Below, in pieces: positions 26,546 through 32,038 of a DNA stretch of 32,038 bases. Below the pieces are notes generated by a model, which had not been told where the DNA came from, ran no database searches, and saw only the letters and a program-made list of their open reading frames with translations. Made by a program: the position numbers and the translations under genes. The first letter of the stretch is position 1. Every line of letters starts with the position of its first letter. Source of the DNA: Hydrurus foetidus. Taxonomy: Eukaryota. The DNA lies in assembly GCA_900617105.1 (NCBI GenBank), contig UYFQ01000384.1, positions 1 through 32,038 on the forward strand, read 5' to 3'.

Positions 26546-26866
26546 ATGACAGATTATGAACTTTTTGAAAAAATGACAAAAGCACGTGATAATTATGATA
26601 AACACGCTGACGTGACATACGAACTAGAGAAAAGAAATAAACGATTGATTGAGCAATGCAAAAATGTTGAACATAAATTTTACAGTTCTATAATGAATAC
26701 AGAACTTAATAAGATATTGAACTCAAATATGTGCAAAACACAGAAGAAGTTCACGTGCTATAAAACAATGTTAGAGAATGATAAAGAACTTCAAAAAAAA
26801 GAGAAAAAGAGTAGTGAACTTTATGGTATTTGGTATGATTTAGAAAAAAAACTTTTTAAGCGTTAA
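26546..26866 (+). CDS. Viral hypothetical Lys/Glu-rich helical (coiled-coil) protein, 106 aa
   Basis: ORF with TATATAAAATG start context, packed tightly between its neighbours. Confidence 0.7.
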   Translation: MTDYELFEKMTKARDNYDKHADVTYELEKRNKRLIEQCKNVEHKFYSSIMNTELNKILNSNMCKTQKKFTCYKTMLENDKELQKKEKKSSELYGIWYDLEKKLFKR

Positions 26867-26875
26867 ATTATTGTA

Positions 26876-27073
26876 TCACCGATATACCTTCATAACAGTA
26901 GTAGCAATAGCATAAACAGAAAAAACACCAAATACCGTCATACAAACATACTTTAATGAATCATCACGTATATTCATTAAATCCACTTCTATTTTTATAT
27001 GTTTTACCGCCTCATTATCGATAGTTAAAGTTGTGAATGTGTCATTATCATCGTTATAAATAGTAGAATTCAT
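26876..27073 (-). CDS. Small viral protein (65 aa) with a C-terminal transmembrane helix
   Basis: Acidic N-terminus followed by hydrophobic YVCMTVFGVFSVYAIATTVM. Lies immediately downstream of the MCP on the same strand. Confidence 0.65.
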   Translation of the reverse strand: MNSTIYNDDNDTFTTLTIDNEAVKHIKIEVDLMNIRDDSLKYVCMTVFGVFSVYAIATTVMKVYR

Positions 27074-27112
27074 TATTATAAATTACATTTAGATATTATT
27101 TTATATACTTTC

Positions 27113-28432
27113 TTACATAATAACTCGGGCTGACTTTGTCGCTGGTTCAATCTCAATGAGACAATCATAAGCGGTAATTAGGGCTGCATTGACTGGAACA
27201 GTAGTAGCGGCCAGAATATTGAGACGACAAGTGATGGGCGAATTCTGTGTGCTGACTCCACTCAAGAGAACAGAATTGGATTGAATGACTTCTGTTGAGA
27301 CGCCGTAGTAAACTTTAGCTGGATTTACTACCGATGATGCTGTGCCAATTGTGAGATATTCCTGTGTGTTGATTGACATTGTATTCTTCTTATCATATAG
27401 AGAACCAACCGCTTTACGAAGTTCAAGATGAAGCGTAGCACGATTAGCGGCGGTTGAAGACAACGGTCTCGACTGCGGGAACAATTTTCCTGCTATATTA
27501 AACTGGACGTCACCTCCAGATGTGACCTCATATGCATCAAAGCGACCATTCGTGCTTGTTGAACTACAGTGAAGAAAAAGCGATTTTACCGAAGCGTATT
27601 TCTGTTGGAAAATGAGTTCTTGTTGTCCGTTGGAACCAACGGCAATAGTATTCGAAGAATTACCAAATGACTGACTCTTGATGGTTATTTTCTCACCCAT
27701 AGAACGAACGACATTGTTGACCTCTTCGGGAAATTCTAAAATATTATAAGTAAGGGTAAAATCGCTAAGAATATAGTCAGTCGGTACAACCGTAATACTT
27801 GTTGCTGGAACTCCGGTTTGGAATTCTGCTGGTATAGCTGCTGCAGATGCTGGTGCAAAAATATTAGCGATTGATTCAAGAGTCAATTGAATACGAATGC
27901 TTGGCATCATTCCCGTAGGAATATATCTATCGGCATCACTCAAAATACACGGAAGTGGGGCACCGAGGGAAAAAACTTCTGGCCCTGCGCAAGATCTACC
28001 ATCACACCCTTGTAGAGTCATTACGTGAGTGTCATTCTCCAATTTCCAACCATAACTCGTGACAGAAGACACCTTGTCTGCTACGTTAAGGCGTAAATTT
28101 GTAAGCATATTAGCGACTTGGTTGTAATCTTGAATATTCTGGGCGTTATGTGAACCGAAAATGACGTCCAAGCGTTGAATAGGGGTATAAACGGGCGTTC
28201 CACGCATTCTGGAAAATCCTGTTGCTGCGACTGAACCTTTATAACGAAGAGACAACGTCATAAAATCACTATAACCACGGGCTGGCAAATCAAACTGAAT
28301 GATTGCACCAGCAGTAGCGGTTGAAAAAACAGAGCCATTGCACGGCGAGATGGAAACATCCATAGATGAAACGCCTGAAGGAAGTGAAACTGGCAAATCG
28401 TAGTTGATTACTTTTGGAAGCATAATAGACAT
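27113..28432 (-). CDS. Major capsid protein (double jelly-roll), Polinton-like virus type, ~439 aa
   Basis: N-terminal pattern SISPCNGSVF...IIQFDLPARGYSD...LSLRY, then PIQRLDV...IQDYN, GMMPSIRIQLTL and VQFNIAGKLFPQ. Beta-rich, of typical size, and recognised as PLV MCP-like. Likely start is MSIMLPK at 28432 (AAAATG, TATAT upstream) rather than the track start 28486. Confidence 0.85.
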   Translation of the reverse strand: MSIMLPKVINYDLPVSLPSGVSSMDVSISPCNGSVFSTATAGAIIQFDLPARGYSDFMTLSLRYKGSVAATGFSRMRGTPVYTPIQRLDVIFGSHNAQNIQDYNQVANMLTNLRLNVADKVSSVTSYGWKLENDTHVMTLQGCDGRSCAGPEVFSLGAPLPCILSDADRYIPTGMMPSIRIQLTLESIANIFAPASAAAIPAEFQTGVPATSITVVPTDYILSDFTLTYNILEFPEEVNNVVRSMGEKITIKSQSFGNSSNTIAVGSNGQQELIFQQKYASVKSLFLHCSSTSTNGRFDAYEVTSGGDVQFNIAGKLFPQSRPLSSTAANRATLHLELRKAVGSLYDKKNTMSINTQEYLTIGTASSVVNPAKVYYGVSTEVIQSNSVLLSGVSTQNSPITCRLNILAATTVPVNAALITAYDCLIEIEPATKSARVIM

Positions 28433-28482
28433 TTTGTGTAATATAATATATGAAAAGATATTAACTTTTGGTAATAACGAAT

Positions 28483-29427
28483 TCACATAATGATTCCGTG
28501 TTTATACATAAAAAAATTTAAATCATTTTCGTCATCAAATGGAAGCGGAACATCTAAAGGTTGATTAGGTATATTCATTATTTGGTTCGTTGAATCTCTA
28601 AAATTAGTATTAATTTTATATTTTAGAATTCGGGTAGAAGTAATTGCTAAAGTTAATGAGAACTCAGTATTGTTGAAATTAATATACCTGTCGCTTTCGT
28701 CCTTTACACTAATATCAATATTACCGATGACCCGATTCAATAAAAGTCCACCATCGTTCCCACTATTATTCTCGTATAAAGTAAGACCGTACGGCGGGGC
28801 GTTGACGGGAATTATACCCAATAAATTACCTCCTCCTCCGCTGGATAAACCGCTTGTTCTTAAGACGGAAGAACTGATTTTTAATTTCTTCGTTCCTATA
28901 AGGGAACAACAGTGATCTCCATTTAGAACATTACCTGTTGACGAGTACGATGTTACTGAATCAAAACCTATAATTTCGTTGATGGAAGAACCAAATGATT
29001 GAGATAAGAATGTGAATGTCGACGATACTGGACCATTAAATAACAATTTACCCGTGATTTTATTGAATGTAATAGTAAAAACATATCCTGCTGTTAAGAA
29101 CCCTTTAACTATTACATCAATGAGTTGTGTAATACTATAATTTCCACGCTCCAATGTCTTCGTTTGTGTTAAACCATTATCAACAGTATATTTTAAGACA
29201 TTTACTGTATAGTTAATAAGATAAAAAGATACTGGAATCTGTGCACTGAAAATTGAGACGTGACTATACAAAATGTCATCATCATCTTTTAAAACATCTT
29301 TAAATGGAAATTCAATTTGTGATACAGAAGATGATTCATAAAGTGTATTTTCTGTTCTGCTATTAGGTTTTTTAATACAATGTTGTGTGTTTAGTGAAAT
29401 AAACCTTGTATCTTTAACAGTAAGCAT
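28483..29427 (-). CDS. Minor capsid (penton, single jelly-roll) protein, PLV type, 314 aa
   Basis: Motifs SAQIPVSFYLIN...NVLKY...LERGNYSITQL, IIGF and IDISVKDE...INFNNTEFSLTL are typical of PLV minor capsid proteins. Directly upstream of the MCP. Confidence 0.75.
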   Translation of the reverse strand: MLTVKDTRFISLNTQHCIKKPNSRTENTLYESSSVSQIEFPFKDVLKDDDDILYSHVSIFSAQIPVSFYLINYTVNVLKYTVDNGLTQTKTLERGNYSITQLIDVIVKGFLTAGYVFTITFNKITGKLLFNGPVSSTFTFLSQSFGSSINEIIGFDSVTSYSSTGNVLNGDHCCSLIGTKKLKISSSVLRTSGLSSGGGGNLLGIIPVNAPPYGLTLYENNSGNDGGLLLNRVIGNIDISVKDESDRYINFNNTEFSLTLAITSTRILKYKINTNFRDSTNQIMNIPNQPLDVPLPFDDENDLNFFMYKHGIIM

Positions 29428-29452
29428 TTTAATATTCTCCTTATATATACTG
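29428..29452. promoter_or_regulatory. 25-bp divergent intergenic spacer with TATATA (putative bidirectional viral promoter)
   Basis: TTTAATATTCTCCTTATATATACTG between ATG 29427 (-) and ATG 29453 (+). Confidence 0.45.
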
Positions 29453-29740
29453 ATGACGTTTTTAAATTCGGTTCAAAAAGTTCTAAATAGAATAGGCGAT
29501 GATAAAATACTAAAGATTACGGTAAATAGAAATCCATTGTCTAAAGTATTGAAGTTTCTCTTAAACATAACATCATTAGGTCAACTGGAAAAGAAAATGG
29601 AAAATACTGATTACGACACACTGTATCACTTTTTTTTGTTATACAAACTGAAAACGGTTCTTTTGTTGTTGAGAAAAATGAGGTGATTCAAATATATAAG
29701 TTCAAATCATTAGGTAAAGGAACAGAAACATTATTTGTTC
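29453..29740 (+). pseudogene. Viral gene truncated by the LTR insertion, with a 1-nt frameshift in the T8 run at 29630-29637
   Basis: MTFLNSVQ...VNRNPL...LNITSLG...YDTLYH continues, after adding one base, as FFFVIQTENGSFVVEKNEVIQIYKFKSLGKGTETLFV. It stays open right up to the LTR boundary at 29741. Confidence 0.65.
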
Positions 29741-29947
29741 TGTAGTCCTGATGGGAAAGAAGACGGGTAGACGAGTAGGTGGTGCTTAGGTTACAACTAT
29801 GCTAGAAGCTAGGTAACTTCTACGAGTAGGCTGCAGCTAGCTAGCTAGTCGTGGTAGGGCTGTATATGTACTGTAGGCGGAAGGATCAGGTGGATCGTGA
29901 CAAGGTCCGGTACGGCCCGTAGGCCCGGTATACCCGGTACGACCACA
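29741..29947 (-). repeat. 3' LTR (207 bp)
   Basis: TG...CA termini with an imperfect 7-bp inverted repeat (TGTAGTC ... GACCACA). GC-rich relative to its flanks and adjacent to the PPT. Confidence 0.85.
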
Positions 29948-29970
29948 TTTCCCCCACTTATCTCTTTTTT
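29948..29970 (-). other. Polypurine tract
   Basis: Minus-strand AAAAAAGAGATAAGTGGGGGAAA immediately precedes the LTR start TGTGGTC. Confidence 0.85.
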
Positions 29971-30283
29971 GGAGAAATCTAATCTGTGACGCGACCACCA
30001 CGTTTTTTAAATATAATAACTAATAATAACTAAGAAAGGAAAAGAAAATTTAACGAAAACTAAAGTTAAAAATATTAGAATATAAAGTAATAAAGAATAT
30101 TTACAAAATGTAAACTGTGGTGGGTCGGTCGACGAGAAAAAGTGGTGCCTAGTACGTAAGTACATGTGCCCGAGGCCTCGATACGTAATTATGTCAGATT
30201 TTTACTGACTAAAACCAGAAAACCTCCATAGAGGGAAAATTAGGAAAAATCTTCAAAAGATAATACGTTCGAGATCAGTCTTC

Positions 30284-32038
30284 TTAGACTGATGCCTCAA
30301 GATTCTTTGGGATAAAATGTTTCATTTTATTGTCCCTTAAGTATTCATGGAGCGCTTCACAAAGCCGTAGTGATTTCCACGGCTCCCATGAATTATGAGT
30401 GTCATCATAATTAAGCCATTTGACTTTGAATGACATTGTCGTAGGCTTCTTTTTGTCACCTGAGTGACTAAGAACCTTTTCCACTACAAATTCCATGTAG
30501 TCACGACGAGCAGTGTCAGCAGGTACATCGACCCTCTGAATCATAATTAAAAATTTTATAATTTTTAATATGTACACTTTAGTTACCTCAGTTTTAATGG
30601 GATATGGATTTTGTAGGAGATAACACGGTATGGGCCATGCCACGTAGTGTGTAACAGTGAGCGGTCGATCCGTGTAACGACAGTAACATATGTCTATAGG
30701 GAACGCGCGGTCGCACACTTAGCTGAGTGCGTTGTTTAGCGTCTGCTGACACAAAGCTTGAACAGCTGGATCGAGGACCTGGCCTGAACGCTGATTAAGT
30801 CTTCAATGTATGTTGATCTAGAATGTGTATTCACACTTAAGTGTGGTGTTAAAATACCACGATTCAAGTCAAGCTTGTTTCCGAACAGTAAATGTGCGGG
30901 CGCAACTTTAGTGCGTCTATTAACTGAACTGTTAATGATGCGTTGCACGAATGGGATTGACTTAGCATATCCCTCTAGGGTCTGTTCATCAAAAACAAGA
31001 CCTCTTAGGTGTCTATTTACCTCTTTGCTGACTCTCTCAACAATCGCATTTTCCTCTTTCGAGTATGCGAGGGTTGAATTATGTGGCGTACCACAAAGAT
31101 CTAAAAATCTTTTATTAAATCGTTTGCGAAATAGGATCCTCGATCCGATCTTATATGTTTGTGGTAGGCGGCCAAATGAGGAAGTGGGCGGTCGGCCGCT
31201 GATTTTTGCGTCTTGCATTTTGCTTGGAAGTGGTTCGGGTTAGGTGGATTGACGGGGTTGACGTTGGGTTGGGTGGATGGGCGTTTTAGAGACGTATCGA
31301 AGATAGCATAATTCGACTTGTAACAAGGTAGAGACGCATTGATCTTGGATCTTGCGCTCAGCTTTTGACCGAAAACACAGACAGTTCTGTATGAACGTAC
31401 GTACAAGTTGTTTCATGTGTTTCCAAGCTTGTTGTAGACTGAACAACCGTGTAAGGGTACGTTCTACGCCGTTGTGACCGACGATTGCATTGTGGCATAT
31501 TTGGATGTATTCTAACTGTTCGTCTGACGCTGGGTCGATAGCTGTCAAAGCTGACACAGTGACCGACGACGACGAAGTTGGAAGTAGTTCCAATTCCTTT
31601 GTTCGTAATGGCAACGCATTTTCTGTCAGATTAGGACATAATCGCGACAGTGCTTCGGCTAAGGCATTTGACGTGCCAGGTACGAAGACAACCGTAAAAT
31701 GAAGTTCTTGCATAGCAATGAACCATCTTGCTACCATTGGGGTAGGGTTTTGTTTCATATACGTGATATTCAAATGATCCGTATAGATTGTGACTGTACG
31801 ATCTCTGATTAAGTAATCGAGTTGTGTACAGCAGTAGAATATAGCGTACGCTTCTCTCTGTATAGTTGACCACCTTATTTGTGTTAGTGTCAATGATTTG
31901 CTTATAAAATCTATTGGTTGCCAAATGGTATCAACCACTTGGGAAAAGGACACCGCCGATTCCAAAATGAGACGCGTCTGTATATAATCAGATATCCAAT
32001 TTATTGTCATCAATGAAGTACATTAATGGACAACGGGA
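30284..32038 (-). pseudogene. pol: Fragmented pol: RNase H, integrase HHCC, partial integrase core, GPY/F motif, chromodomain
   Basis: LYTDASHFGIGGVL (~31950-31987); FISKSL..Q.RWST.QREAYAI..YTDH; H-x4-GH.GVERT..W..M..V..FIQNC; IRSDRGSYF..EENAIVERVSKEV; WHGPYRVI (30619-30642); FVVEKVLSH..FKVKWLNYDDTHNSWEP. Multiple frameshifts and a TGA at 31988-31990. Confidence 0.92.
31160..31325. mobile_element. Putative solo LTR (166 bp) of a different family within the integrase
   Basis: TGTGGTAGG...TTGTAACA termini. The GC-rich non-pol sequence sits between ...KINASL and HIRSDRG, where the first catalytic Asp region should be. The flanks (ATGTT / AGGTA) do not form a TSD. Confidence 0.55.

Larger units (their letters stand above)
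25910..29740. mobile_element. Endogenous Polinton-like virus (left portion; interrupted by an LTR retrotransposon at 29741)
   Basis: Abrupt shift to AT-rich, gene-dense, intronless DNA. Adjacent major and minor capsid-like genes, intergenic spacers of about 55 bp or less, and a terminal hairpin. No ATPase, polymerase or integrase is visible in the window. Confidence 0.82.
29741..32038 (-). mobile_element. Ty3/Gypsy chromovirus LTR retrotransposon (3' part, degenerate; extends beyond the window)
   Basis: On the minus strand the order is RNase H, integrase, chromodomain, 3' UTR, PPT, LTR. Confidence 0.93.

Noticed and set aside
30612..30751. Another TGT...ACA solo LTR
   Set aside because: The minus strand encodes the integrase WHGPYRVI (GPY/F) region, so this is decayed pol.

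Overview
Eukaryotic genomic DNA, probably from a protist; the Cys/PT-repeat gene and the retroelement are compatible with a stramenopile-type host, but this is inference. The left 26 kb is repeat-dominated: a 72-bp minisatellite, a Cys/His-motif ORF, a spliced secreted Cys-rich/PT-repeat gene with two in-frame TAA codons, a 105-bp minisatellite, and an ~18-kb 83/87-bp satellite that flips orientation at ~25.3 kb. At ~25,910 the satellite abuts an AT-rich endogenous Polinton-like virus (PLV) segment. This segment has a terminal 18-bp hairpin, iterated CGGTATAATA motifs, three small ORFs, and major and minor capsid genes. It is interrupted at 29,741 by the 3' LTR of a decayed Ty3/Gypsy chromovirus, which itself appears to carry a solo LTR of a second family. 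The most notable observation is that the iterated motif at the viral end shares an exact 14-mer with the adjacent satellite unit. Most ORF-track entries at 1-1.7 kb, 5.9-6.6 kb and 7.3-25.9 kb are artefacts of tandem repeats. Several noisy patches suggest long-read consensus error, so junctions need read-level validation. All family assignments are by motif recognition, not database search.
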